Positions 42,199-51,682 of a stretch of 52,475 bases of DNA are shown here, piece after piece. This DNA comes from Bacilli bacterium (GTDB lineage Bacteria > Bacillota_I > Bacilli_A > RF39 > UBA660). The stretch's first letter is position 1. Each line of letters starts with the position of its first letter. The DNA is taken from contig DAOPMC010000003.1 of assembly GCA_035392025.1 (NCBI GenBank), positions 1 to 52,475 on the forward strand. Direction: 5' to 3'. The translations under genes were made by a program, and so were the position numbers. The notes beneath the pieces are model-generated. The model did no database searches. It saw only the letters and a program-made list of their open reading frames with translations, and had not been told where the DNA came from.

Positions 42199-44329
42199 CT
42201 TTCTCGGTATACAATATCTTTAAATTAGCTTTTATGACTGTATCATCTGATATCAAAGTATTTTTTTTAGGTTCTTGTGAATAAACATACCCATAACCAT
42301 TTAATTCATAATTAATGTTTAACAAGTTAGCAACTGCAATTACTTCTTTTGATGAATATCCTATTAAAGAAGGCATTTCATAATTGTTATTATTTGTAAG
42401 TAAAAACATTTTTTCATTAGAATTTAACACATTCCCTTTTGATGGATACTGATTAATTATTTTATCTCCATCACCTATTACAACATACGAAACATTATTT
42501 TTTTCCAGTTCTATTATGGCATTGTCCGTATAACTATTTATAAATGATTTTACGTTATAATTTTCTGTTTTTTCATCTTTATCTGAATTAATATTAAGAT
42601 ATGTTGCAATACTTTTAATTACTTTAGAGGTTGCTTTTGAAAGAGGAACTGAAGAAGCTGCTTTTACTCTTTTAGCTGCTATATAAATAATTATCTCTGG
42701 GTCATCTTTAGGAAGCATTAAAGATACTGAACGAATAACATTGTAATCATCATAATAATATTTGCCTGCTAAAGTATTATACAATTGTGATGTCCCTGTC
42801 TTAGCAATAACATCATACCCATCAACTCCATATATTGCTCCTGTTCTATATCCCGATAAATATACAACATTGTGCATTAATTCTCTTACTTTTACTGCAG
42901 TTTCTTTGCTAGCCACTCTACCAAGTTCAGTTTTTTTATTTGCCACAATTACTTCACCTGTGTCACTATCAACCACTTTTGCAACTATATATGGTTGTAG
43001 TAAAATTCCATCGTTAGCAATGGCAGTAAGTGCTTTGATATGTTGCATAGGCGTTGTTGTTACACCTTGACCAAAACCTGCATTATATATTTCGGATAGA
43101 TATTTAAATTTTACGATGCCAGCACTTTCGTTTGCAAGCCCCACTTTTGTTTTTTGACCAAAACCCATAAGTGCAAAATATTCTTTCAAATCATCAGCAT
43201 CAATAAAATTATTCAAAATATTAATAATCGCTACGTTGCTAGATAATGATAAACCTTGGTCATATGTAATTGTCCCCCACCCTTTTCTATTCCAATCATA
43301 AATAGTCGTTTGATCATCTACTTTATAGTTACCTGATTTTAGTGTCGCATTCCCATCATATGTTCCCTTTTCCATAGCGGCCATGTAAGTATACAACTTC
43401 ATCGTCGAACCAGGTTCAAAAGGCAATGATACATTTAAATCATAATAATTTTCAATATTTAATACATTAGGATTGAATGATGGCTTTGATGACTCTGCTA
43501 GTATGGCTCCTGTTTTTGCATCAGCCACTACCATCGTAATCCATTCCATATCATAATTATCAAAACTTTCATTTAATGCCTGTTCTACAAAAAATTGGAT
43601 ATTGCTATCTATTGATAGATATATATCATTTCCTGCAATTGCATCTTGTCTAATTTCTTTGGTGTTTGGAATTTGATAACCATTCGCATCTTTTTGGTAT
43701 TCAATATAACCATCAGTACCGCTTAACCCTTCATTATATAATTGCTCTATTCCTAACTCACCAGTCATTATCCCCTCATCATTTTTTTTAGCATAACCTA
43801 ATGCATATGATAAAAACTCTCCATTTGGATAATATCTTTGAATAGACTCAATAAAATCTATCCCTGGTAAATTTAAGACCTCTATTTTTTCTTTGGTAAG
43901 TTCCGTTAAATATTTTCCTTTAGCGCCAAACTCTACTTGATATAAATCTTTTTGATTTAGATAACTTAATATTTTTTCTTCTGTCATATCTAACACTGTT
44001 GCTAACTGCTGAGCAGTATATTCTTTATCTACTACATGCTGTGGATTATTATAACCCTTACTTCTAGATTCATCTAGATATGCAATCAATGTATATGATG
44101 AAACATTTTCAGCAAGCACATCGCCATTAGTATCATATATAGTACCTCTTCCAGCATATATTGTCTTTTTAGTAGTAGTTCTATTTAGGGCAAATTTTTC
44201 TATATTTATACCATCAATTTTGGTTGCAAGTGCCAAATAAGATGTCCTAAAAATTAAAATTATAAAACAAAAAAAAGCAATAATAAGCACTAATTTATTA
44301 ATCTTAATGTTATTCTTAGCTTTTTTCAT
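42188..44329 (-). CDS. pbpB: class B penicillin-binding protein 2B (division transpeptidase) with two PASTA domains
   Basis: TM anchor, STMK (SxxK), SSN (SxN), KTGT (KTG) and two C-terminal PASTA repeats. Positioned after ftsL. Confidence 0.9.
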   Translation of the reverse strand: MKKAKNNIKINKLVLIIAFFCFIILIFRTSYLALATKIDGINIEKFALNRTTTKKTIYAGRGTIYDTNGDVLAENVSSYTLIAYLDESRSKGYNNPQHVVDKEYTAQQLATVLDMTEEKILSYLNQKDLYQVEFGAKGKYLTELTKEKIEVLNLPGIDFIESIQRYYPNGEFLSYALGYAKKNDEGIMTGELGIEQLYNEGLSGTDGYIEYQKDANGYQIPNTKEIRQDAIAGNDIYLSIDSNIQFFVEQALNESFDNYDMEWITMVVADAKTGAILAESSKPSFNPNVLNIENYYDLNVSLPFEPGSTMKLYTYMAAMEKGTYDGNATLKSGNYKVDDQTTIYDWNRKGWGTITYDQGLSLSSNVAIINILNNFIDADDLKEYFALMGFGQKTKVGLANESAGIVKFKYLSEIYNAGFGQGVTTTPMQHIKALTAIANDGILLQPYIVAKVVDSDTGEVIVANKKTELGRVASKETAVKVRELMHNVVYLSGYRTGAIYGVDGYDVIAKTGTSQLYNTLAGKYYYDDYNVIRSVSLMLPKDDPEIIIYIAAKRVKAASSVPLSKATSKVIKSIATYLNINSDKDEKTENYNVKSFINSYTDNAIIELEKNNVSYVVIGDGDKIINQYPSKGNVLNSNEKMFLLTNNNNYEMPSLIGYSSKEVIAVANLLNINYELNGYGYVYSQEPKKNTLISDDTVIKANLKILYTEKDEE

Positions 44330-44340
44330 TTTATCACTAC

Positions 44341-44631
44341 CTATTCTTCTATTACTTTAACACTACTATTATTATAGCTTAATCCCATCTCTTTCGCAAT
44401 AGCTTCTAAATTTTCAAGTGATGCAAGTTCATTTATTTTCATTTCTAAAGCAATATTTTCCTTTTCTTCTACTTCAATCTTAGACTTTATTTTCTCGTTC
44501 TCATAATTTATTTTAGATAATGTAGATTTTGAAAATAAACACACAATAGGAAAAGACAAAACTAATATTATTGTAAATATTAATAGTAACCTCTCAAATT
44601 TGTTTAATTTTAGTGTTTTCTTTTTTGCCAT
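44341..44631 (-). CDS. ftsL: cell division protein FtsL
   Basis: 96 aa, single TM plus coiled coil, between rsmH and pbpB. Confidence 0.75.
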   Translation of the reverse strand: MAKKKTLKLNKFERLLLIFTIILVLSFPIVCLFSKSTLSKINYENEKIKSKIEVEEKENIALEMKINELASLENLEAIAKEMGLSYNNSSVKVIEE

Positions 44632-44652
44632 TTTATCTTTTCCTTTCCAACC

Positions 44653-45582
44653 CTATTTTATTCTTTCTATGATTCTCAAAAGTGCCGAAGCACTACGACT
44701 ATTATTATTTATCTCTGTTATAGTAGGCTTAATTGCATTATTTGTAATTACTTTAAAATCTGGTAACAAATCTTTGTCCATATTAGGCATCCCTTTTATT
44801 AAAGGATCTTCTTTTGATACTTCATTAAATATCTTCTTACATATCCTATCTTCTAAGGAGTGAAATGTTATTACACATAATCTTCCTTCAATATTCAATA
44901 ATTCAAGTGATTGATATAATGCATCTTGCAATACATCCAATTCTTTATTAACTTCAATTCTAATAGCTTGAAATACTTTTTTTGCCGGATGAGTATGTCT
45001 TTTATCTCTATATGGTATAACTTCATCTATAATTTTTACTAGTTCCAAAGTTGTATTAATTGGTTCAATATTTCTATTTAAAATTATATTTTTAGCAATT
45101 CTTCTTGCATGCTTTTCCTCACCATATAATCTAAATATTCTAATTAGTTCATCCTCACTATAATTATTAACTACCTCATAAGCAGATAACTTGCCATCTT
45201 GATCCATTCTCATATCAAGGCGGGCATCTTTCATATAACTAAATCCTCTAGAAGCTTCATCTATTTGAGGAGATGATACTCCTAAATCGAATATTATTCC
45301 ATCTACTTTATCAATGCCTTGTTCGCTTAATTTTTCTTTTAAATTTCTAAAATTGCTATGAATAAGTGTGTAATTATTGCTTACTTTTTTAAGCAATTCG
45401 TTGCTAGCAGAAATAGCATTTAAATCTTGATCAAATCCATATAAATGGCCAGTAGATAACTTTTCTAATATTTTTTTGCTGTGGCCTCCATATCCCAATG
45501 TACAATCAATATATATACCATCACTTTTGATATTTAATCCTTCTATTGTCTCTTCCAATAAGACACTTACATGCTTATCCAT
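44653..45582 (-). CDS. rsmH: 16S rRNA (cytosine1402-N4)-methyltransferase RsmH
   Basis: HVSVLLEE..YIDCTLGYGGHS SAM-binding N-terminus, with conserved dcw position. Confidence 0.95.
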   Translation of the reverse strand: MDKHVSVLLEETIEGLNIKSDGIYIDCTLGYGGHSKKILEKLSTGHLYGFDQDLNAISASNELLKKVSNNYTLIHSNFRNLKEKLSEQGIDKVDGIIFDLGVSSPQIDEASRGFSYMKDARLDMRMDQDGKLSAYEVVNNYSEDELIRIFRLYGEEKHARRIAKNIILNRNIEPINTTLELVKIIDEVIPYRDKRHTHPAKKVFQAIRIEVNKELDVLQDALYQSLELLNIEGRLCVITFHSLEDRICKKIFNEVSKEDPLIKGMPNMDKDLLPDFKVITNNAIKPTITEINNNSRSASALLRIIERIK

Positions 45583-46020
45583 TTAGATGTCCAAATTCAC
45601 TTCAAATAAATGTTCTGCAATATCAGATAACGAATCATTGTTATCTAGCATAAACTTATTCCAAGTTCCTTCATCCCAGATCTCTAAGCGATCGTTGACA
45701 CCAATGATAACGCACTCTTTAATAAGAAATGCATATTGGGCAAGTGATGTTGCAATTGTAATTCTTCCTTGCTTATCAAATTCACACTCTGTTGCTCCCG
45801 ATAGAAAAAATCTTACAAAACTTCTGGCATCCTTTTTCGTAAATGGCAGTGATTTTAGTTTTGAAACAATTTGTGACCACTCTTTTTCAGAATATGCAAA
45901 TAAGCATCCTTCAAGTCCTCTTGTAACTATGATCTTGTCACCTAAATCATCACGAAATTTAGATGGAATGATTATTCTTTTTTTCTCGTCAATATTATGA
46001 TGATATTCCCCCATTAGCAT
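45583..46020 (-). CDS. mraZ: transcriptional regulator MraZ
   Basis: MLMGEYHHNIDEKKRIIIPSKFRD matches the canonical MraZ N-terminus (MFMGEY.. in B. subtilis). The track ORF extends to 46053, but that extension would cover the operator repeats. Confidence 0.9.
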   Translation of the reverse strand: MLMGEYHHNIDEKKRIIIPSKFRDDLGDKIIVTRGLEGCLFAYSEKEWSQIVSKLKSLPFTKKDARSFVRFFLSGATECEFDKQGRITIATSLAQYAFLIKECVIIGVNDRLEIWDEGTWNKFMLDNNDSLSDIAEHLFEVNLDI

Positions 46021-46029
46021 ATTCATCCA

Positions 46030-46064
46030 CCACTTTCTTCCACTTTCTTCCACTGTCTACCACT
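46030..46064 (-). promoter_or_regulatory. four AGTGG direct repeats with exact 10-bp period (MraZ boxes)
   Basis: ccact on the plus strand at 46030, 46040, 46050 and 46060. They lie between the -10 and the mraZ start. Confidence 0.65.
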
Positions 46065-46094
46065 ATTCTACTACATTACTTCTTTATTTGTAAA
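46065..46094 (-). promoter_or_regulatory. candidate sigma-A promoter of the dcw operon (TTTACA-18 nt-TAGAAT)
   Basis: Read on the minus strand directly upstream of the repeats. Confidence 0.5.
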
Positions 46095-46114
46095 GCATTT
46101 TTATAATATTTCAC

Positions 46115-46143
46115 AAAAAAGGAACACATTTAATGTGTTCCTT
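46115..46143 (-). terminator. Rho-independent terminator after ORF 46154..46672
   Basis: Minus strand AAGGAACACA-ttaaa-TGTGTTCCTT followed by a T run. Confidence 0.75.
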
Positions 46144-46153
46144 GACAGTTTAA

Positions 46154-46672
46154 TTAAATTATTTGAAAACTCCATATTATTTCTTTGACTGAATCAAGCA
46201 AAATGTCAAAGCATGAGTAATCAGCAACATATGTTAATATAAATATCATATCATTGCTTTTACCAATACTTATCATCGCTTGTTCTTTATCCGTTTCATA
46301 TAAGTATTGATATGCATCATATCCTTTTTTACAAATCGTAGTTTCAGTTTTATTTATTAAACTATAATTTGGATTATCTTTCTCTATTTCATTTAAAACA
46401 TCATCTATCAAAGTTGACAATTCACTTCTTTTATATTTTTCATCTAAAACTATTATATCAACTTGAAATAGACTTTTTGATTTGTGTACAAGTTTTAAAC
46501 TTGTATCGCCTTTTGATTCTATTGACCAATTCTTATCATATGATAATTTGAAATTATCATTTTTATAATTTTTTACTCCTTTATCTATAATCATACTGAA
46601 AATTATAGTTATAGAGAGTATAGTTAGAATAATTATCATAATAATGGCCAATAAGTTTTTCTTTTTATCCAT
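46154..46672 (-). CDS. membrane-anchored hypothetical protein
   Basis: 172 aa with an N-terminal TM helix. Confidence 0.55.
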   Translation of the reverse strand: MDKKKNLLAIIMIIILTILSITIIFSMIIDKGVKNYKNDNFKLSYDKNWSIESKGDTSLKLVHKSKSLFQVDIIVLDEKYKRSELSTLIDDVLNEIEKDNPNYSLINKTETTICKKGYDAYQYLYETDKEQAMISIGKSNDMIFILTYVADYSCFDILLDSVKEIIWSFQII

Positions 46673-47222
46673 ATTGTAGCTCCTTTTCCATTATTACTAC
46701 TATTAAATAATTAAATTCTTTTAAGAGTACCACACGATACTGTATACCTTCATATACCTTTTTATTTTCTCCATCTAATACAACTTTGTAACCAGATCTT
46801 TCAAGTTCATTTCTAAAATCAAGTGCCATATCCATAGAATCAAACGAATTGCTGACGGGATTAACATATCTAAAGCTTATTATTCCATTATATGATGCCA
46901 CTTTAACAGGCGCCATCGATACAGTATGCTCTACATCGCCAATTCCAATATAATTGTTATACACCTCATCAGTAACACCAATTTTAATAGTTTCTTGTTC
47001 AACTTTTCCATAATATTCTTGATATTCAAAATAAGTAGAATCCAAATTAAAAGCAGTATTATCCGTAATTGGTATTATTTTACTTTCAATATTAAAATTA
47101 ATATTATCAACATTGATTATGAAATCTACTTTTGCTTTATTAGGCCAAAATACTATCACTAAGAATACTATTATACATAGCATAGTAAAAATAATTGTTA
47201 TATTTAATTTCTTTTTAGTCAT
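46665..47222 (-). CDS. membrane-anchored hypothetical protein
   Basis: 185 aa with an N-terminal TM helix. Confidence 0.55.
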   Translation of the reverse strand: MTKKKLNITIIFTMLCIIVFLVIVFWPNKAKVDFIINVDNINFNIESKIIPITDNTAFNLDSTYFEYQEYYGKVEQETIKIGVTDEVYNNYIGIGDVEHTVSMAPVKVASYNGIISFRYVNPVSNSFDSMDMALDFRNELERSGYKVVLDGENKKVYEGIQYRVVLLKEFNYLIVVIMEKELQYG

Positions 47223-47231
47223 ATGTTTCTC

Positions 47232-48335
47232 CTACAAATATTTTTTTAGCACTTTGACAATCTCTATACTTGCGCCAGCAGCATCATTACCATTTAAATA
47301 GTAATCATGGAATGCTTCTGCAATAGTTTCATCATAAATATACTCCCCCTTGGCATTCATTGCCATCGCATAATCTGAAATGCTTGATCTAAAATCATCA
47401 ATAGAATTATAATCCCCAGGATTTTTCTTTGCATAATTACTATATGCTTCATTAATAATAATTTTAGCTAAATATCCTTCGTTATATGCTTTTATTGTAT
47501 TATAATAATTTGAATAATTCATCTTCTGAATGTAGAATTTTTCACTAGTTTTATAATATTTATTTATGGCAACAAACGATAAATAATGGCCAAATTCATG
47601 TGCAACTATCGAATAACTAGTAACGTTTTTAGGAAAGTAATTATTTCTTTCAGCATTTTTTAGTGCCAAATCTAAATCATCCTGGTTTAAGTAATAGCTA
47701 CTATTTAATACAATCATGTTTTTTACAACCCATGGATATTTTTTTGATTTATTAGCCGTAGAAAACAAAAATCCGTACTTAAACGATGCAAGAGGTGAAG
47801 ATGAACTACTAGCATTCATTAATGTCAAATTGCTCATATACCCAGATACATTGGGAAATTCTTTATATATTGTACCAAGCACCTTTTCAATTTCTAGTGC
47901 CAAATTATATTCTAATTCGCACAAATTAACTGCAACAATATCATAATTATTTTGAATTCTAGTTTCGATTTCGGCTACTTTACTATTAGAACACTTCTTT
48001 TTTTGTGATTCAGAGTCTTCGATTATTAAATTTATAGCATCACTCTCGCTTGTTACATCCGGGTTAATATAAGTAGAATCATACACTATTGATGTCCCAC
48101 TTTCAACTGGAATAGGATCTATTATCGTAGTGCTATATTCATATCCATTATCAGTAAAATATAGTTGATATTTATTATCTTCAATTATATATATGGCACC
48201 GCATACAACGAAATAAAGAATAGCAACTAAAAAGATACTGTTAATAAGTTTTTTATATAGAACTTCCTTGGCAGCAGTAGTCTGTTTAACATCTCCATAA
48301 TAAAATTCTTTTATCTCTTGGCTTTTTCTTGCCAT
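47232..48335 (-). CDS. membrane-anchored putative zinc metallopeptidase
   Basis: N-terminal TM helix and an HExxH motif (VAHEFGHY). Confidence 0.55.
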   Translation of the reverse strand: MARKSQEIKEFYYGDVKQTTAAKEVLYKKLINSIFLVAILYFVVCGAIYIIEDNKYQLYFTDNGYEYSTTIIDPIPVESGTSIVYDSTYINPDVTSESDAINLIIEDSESQKKKCSNSKVAEIETRIQNNYDIVAVNLCELEYNLALEIEKVLGTIYKEFPNVSGYMSNLTLMNASSSSSPLASFKYGFLFSTANKSKKYPWVVKNMIVLNSSYYLNQDDLDLALKNAERNNYFPKNVTSYSIVAHEFGHYLSFVAINKYYKTSEKFYIQKMNYSNYYNTIKAYNEGYLAKIIINEAYSNYAKKNPGDYNSIDDFRSSISDYAMAMNAKGEYIYDETIAEAFHDYYLNGNDAAGASIEIVKVLKKYL

Positions 48336-48417
48336 ATATAGTACCTACCTTATCAATTATATAATAGCATTTTAATCTCATTTATTCAAGATAATAAAAA
48401 AAAAGAGATTACTCTTT

Positions 48418-48906
48418 TTATTCTACTACAAATGAATATCCATTTGATATATTGCCAAAGTTATCTTTAGCATATGCATAATAAGTTGTAGACACACCAT
48501 CTTCAATTGGCATCGTAACATCTAAACTAACACTAATATTAGATTCAAGTAAAAATGTGTCAAAGCATTCATTATCAGTTTCTATCAAAGTATCAACATT
48601 AGACTCAGTAGTGATACACAATCCATACAATCCACTACCACCTGCTTGATCAGATATAGTAAAACTTACTAATTTTGTTTTACCAATTTCAGTATCAGTA
48701 ATGTCAGAAAGAGTTGCAGTGATTGATGGCGCAGTGATATCAACTATAGCTTGGAACTCTCCGCTTAAATCGTCTTTAGATTTAGCATATTCGTGAATTC
48801 CTACATATGCTCCTACACCTACTACTATGATAACTAATAATATAATCAACAATTTTTTCATTTCTGAATCCATATTTGGATTTTTTGTTTTTATCTTTTT
48901 ACTCAT
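48418..48906 (-). CDS. membrane-anchored hypothetical protein
   Basis: 162 aa with an N-terminal TM helix. Confidence 0.5.
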   Translation of the reverse strand: MSKKIKTKNPNMDSEMKKLLIILLVIIVVGVGAYVGIHEYAKSKDDLSGEFQAIVDITAPSITATLSDITDTEIGKTKLVSFTISDQAGGSGLYGLCITTESNVDTLIETDNECFDTFLLESNISVSLDVTMPIEDGVSTTYYAYAKDNFGNISNGYSFVVE

Positions 48907-48957
48907 AACTACGCTCCTTTATAATCTAATATTAACATTATAAAAATATTTTTGCAA

Positions 48958-50994
48958 CTATTTTTGAACATTATTATAATCACATGCTGTACATTTGACT
49001 GATTTATCTTTTTCAACTAATATTTTACCACATTTTGGACATAGTTCCCCAGTTGGTTTATCCCATGAAGCAAATGTGCATTTGGGATAATTATTACAGC
49101 CATAAAATATCTTACCACGTTTAGTCTTCTTTTCAATGATTTCACCATTTCCACATTCTGGGCACTTCATAATGGTCACAATTTTTTTGGGTTCCTTTTT
49201 TATAAACTTACATTTGGGATAATTACCGCAGGCAGTAAACATTCCATATTTACCTTTTTTAATTACTAAATCTCCACCACATTCTGGACAAACTTCTCCA
49301 GTTTTTTCTGGTTCTGCTTTTTCCATCTTATCAAAGGCACTTTTAAGCATAGGATCAAACTCATCATAAAAGCCATTCAGTAGCTTTAAATAATCTAATT
49401 TGCCATCTGCAATCTCATCAAGTTCGTGTTCCATATTAGCAGTGTATTTAACATTAATTAAATTACTAAAATATTCTTGCAATTTATGAGTTGTTAAAAT
49501 TCCCACTTCGGTAGGTTGAAATTTTTTATCAATCATAACTACATAATCTCGTTCTTTTAATGTATCAATAATTTTAGCATATGTAGATGGCCTTCCTATA
49601 CCGAGTTCTTCCAGTTCTTTAATCAGTTTAGCTTCAGTATAACGTGGTTTTGGTTTTGTAAAATGTTCTTCACTTTCTATTTTATTTGAGACAAGTATTT
49701 TAGACTTATATTCATCGAGTGGTGGTAAAATTTTGTCATTACTTTCCTCATATTTGCCATATGCCTTTAAATATCCATCAAATATTAGAACCGATCCTGT
49801 CGTCTTAAATTTATAATTATTGTTATCAAGTATTATCGTCGTAGTTTTCAAAGCAGCATCCTTCATAAGAGATGCCAGTGCACGATAATAAATTATACTA
49901 TATAGCTTATATTCATCAGTCGATAAATAGTCTTTAATCATATCAGGATTTTTATTTAAATCAGTTGGTCTTATACCTTCATGTGCATCTTGTATGTTTT
50001 CAGTTTTCTTTGATGTCTTTACGTAACCAATATATTCTTTACCATAATTACCAGCAATATAAGCATAAGCTTTATTAACAAATTCTTCACTTAAACGAAT
50101 TGAATCTGTTCTCATATAGGTAATTAAACCAGTATAATCATTGCCTACTTTAATTCCTTCGTACAATTTTTGTGCAACAGACATTGTTTTTTTAGCATTA
50201 AATCCTAGTTTCGTAGATGCTTCTTGTTGTAAAGTCGATGTTGTAAATACTGGATGAGATTTTCTGCTTTTGTCTTTCTTTTCAACTGATTCAATTTCAA
50301 ATGATTTAGAAAGCTTCTCCAATACTTCATCGGCTTCTACTTTATTCTTTAACTCTATATCTTTAGCCCCATATTTAAATAGTTCCGATTCAAAATCTTT
50401 AAAATAGGCTGTAATCGTATAATACTCTTCTGGTACAAAGGCCAAAATTTCTTCTTCGAGATCAACAATTAATTTTAATGCAACACTTTGTACTCTACCA
50501 GCTGATTTACCGCCAGTTTTACTTTGCATAAGTTTTGATAATCTAAAACCAATAATACGGTCTAGTATTCTTCTTGTTTCCTGACTACGCACTAAATCAT
50601 CATCAATCTTGCGTGGATGATTAAAAGCCTCTAGTACCTTATCCTTAGTTATTTCATTAAATACAACTCTATCATAATCACTATCTTTTAATTTCATTGC
50701 ATCTTTTAAATGCCATGATATAGCTTCTCCTTCACGATCAGGATCGGATGCTAAATATATTTTATCACTATCTTTAGCCATCTTTTTAAGTTCTGTAATA
50801 ACCTTTTTCTTGCCCCTAATTGGTTCATATGTAGGCTTAAAATCATTCTCTATGTCTATTCCAAGACCATACTTTCCAACAGCTGCTAAATCACGAATAT
50901 GTCCCTTTGATGAAACTACTTTGTAATTTTCTCCCAAGTATTTCTCAATGGTTTTGCTCTTACTTGGTGATTCCACAATAACTAAATTCTTCAT
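48958..50994 (-). CDS. topA: DNA topoisomerase I
   Basis: Toprim N-terminus MKNLVIVESPSKSKTIEKYLG, the DPDREGE motif, and C-terminal CxxC zinc ribbons. Confidence 0.95.
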   Translation of the reverse strand: MKNLVIVESPSKSKTIEKYLGENYKVVSSKGHIRDLAAVGKYGLGIDIENDFKPTYEPIRGKKKVITELKKMAKDSDKIYLASDPDREGEAISWHLKDAMKLKDSDYDRVVFNEITKDKVLEAFNHPRKIDDDLVRSQETRRILDRIIGFRLSKLMQSKTGGKSAGRVQSVALKLIVDLEEEILAFVPEEYYTITAYFKDFESELFKYGAKDIELKNKVEADEVLEKLSKSFEIESVEKKDKSRKSHPVFTTSTLQQEASTKLGFNAKKTMSVAQKLYEGIKVGNDYTGLITYMRTDSIRLSEEFVNKAYAYIAGNYGKEYIGYVKTSKKTENIQDAHEGIRPTDLNKNPDMIKDYLSTDEYKLYSIIYYRALASLMKDAALKTTTIILDNNNYKFKTTGSVLIFDGYLKAYGKYEESNDKILPPLDEYKSKILVSNKIESEEHFTKPKPRYTEAKLIKELEELGIGRPSTYAKIIDTLKERDYVVMIDKKFQPTEVGILTTHKLQEYFSNLINVKYTANMEHELDEIADGKLDYLKLLNGFYDEFDPMLKSAFDKMEKAEPEKTGEVCPECGGDLVIKKGKYGMFTACGNYPKCKFIKKEPKKIVTIMKCPECGNGEIIEKKTKRGKIFYGCNNYPKCTFASWDKPTGELCPKCGKILVEKDKSVKCTACDYNNVQK

Positions 50995-51025
50995 ATGTCA
51001 CGTCCTTCTTTTAAATTATATACAC

Positions 51026-51682
51026 TTATTTTTTTAAATTGTCAATTTTAATTACATCAGAAACAGGTTTATAACTTTTCCGATGTAAACTGATAATCCC
51101 ATATTTTTGTAATGCTGCTAAGTGAGTTTTAGTAGGATATCCCTTGTTATGTTTAAAATCATACATTGGATATGTTTCATCTAATTCATACATCATTTTA
51201 TCTCTTGTTACTTTTGCAATTATGGATGCTGCTGCAATACTTTCGCTTTTAGCATCACCTTTAATTATTGAAGTAGAAGGAATATCTAAATCAGGGTGCA
51301 TTGCATCTATTAAAACATGATCTGGTTTTATACTTAAATTGTTAATAGCTTTTAACATAGCTTCTTTAGTTGCCTCATAGATATTAATTTCATCTATTCT
51401 TTCATTAGAAATAATTCCAATACCTACACTAATGGCATTAGCCATTATTACATCATACAAATAATCTCTTTTTTTTTCTGATAACTTTTTAGAATCTTTT
51501 ATATCTTTGTGAAAAAATCCTTTTGGAAGAATTACTGCTGATGCTACGACTGGTCCGACTAGTGGCCCTCGCCCCACTTCATCTACTCCTGCTATATAAT
51601 TGATGCCAGCATCATAAAGCTTATTTTCATACTCATATAAATTATTCATATCTATCAAACGTAATTCCTTTAATTTTTTCAT
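51026..51682 (-). CDS. rnhB: ribonuclease HII
   Basis: GVDEVGRGPLVGPVV active-site region and the ..SIAAASIIAKV.. motif. Confidence 0.9.
   Translation of the reverse strand: MKKLKELRLIDMNNLYEYENKLYDAGINYIAGVDEVGRGPLVGPVVASAVILPKGFFHKDIKDSKKLSEKKRDYLYDVIMANAISVGIGIISNERIDEINIYEATKEAMLKAINNLSIKPDHVLIDAMHPDLDIPSTSIIKGDAKSESIAAASIIAKVTRDKMMYELDETYPMYDFKHNKGYPTKTHLAALQKYGIISLHRKSYKPVSDVIKIDNLKK

Noticed and set aside
45583-46053. Long form of mraZ starting at 46053 (MEESGRKWWMNM..)
   Set aside because: The canonical MraZ N-terminus MLMGEY begins at 46020. The extension would translate through the phased AGTGG operator repeats.
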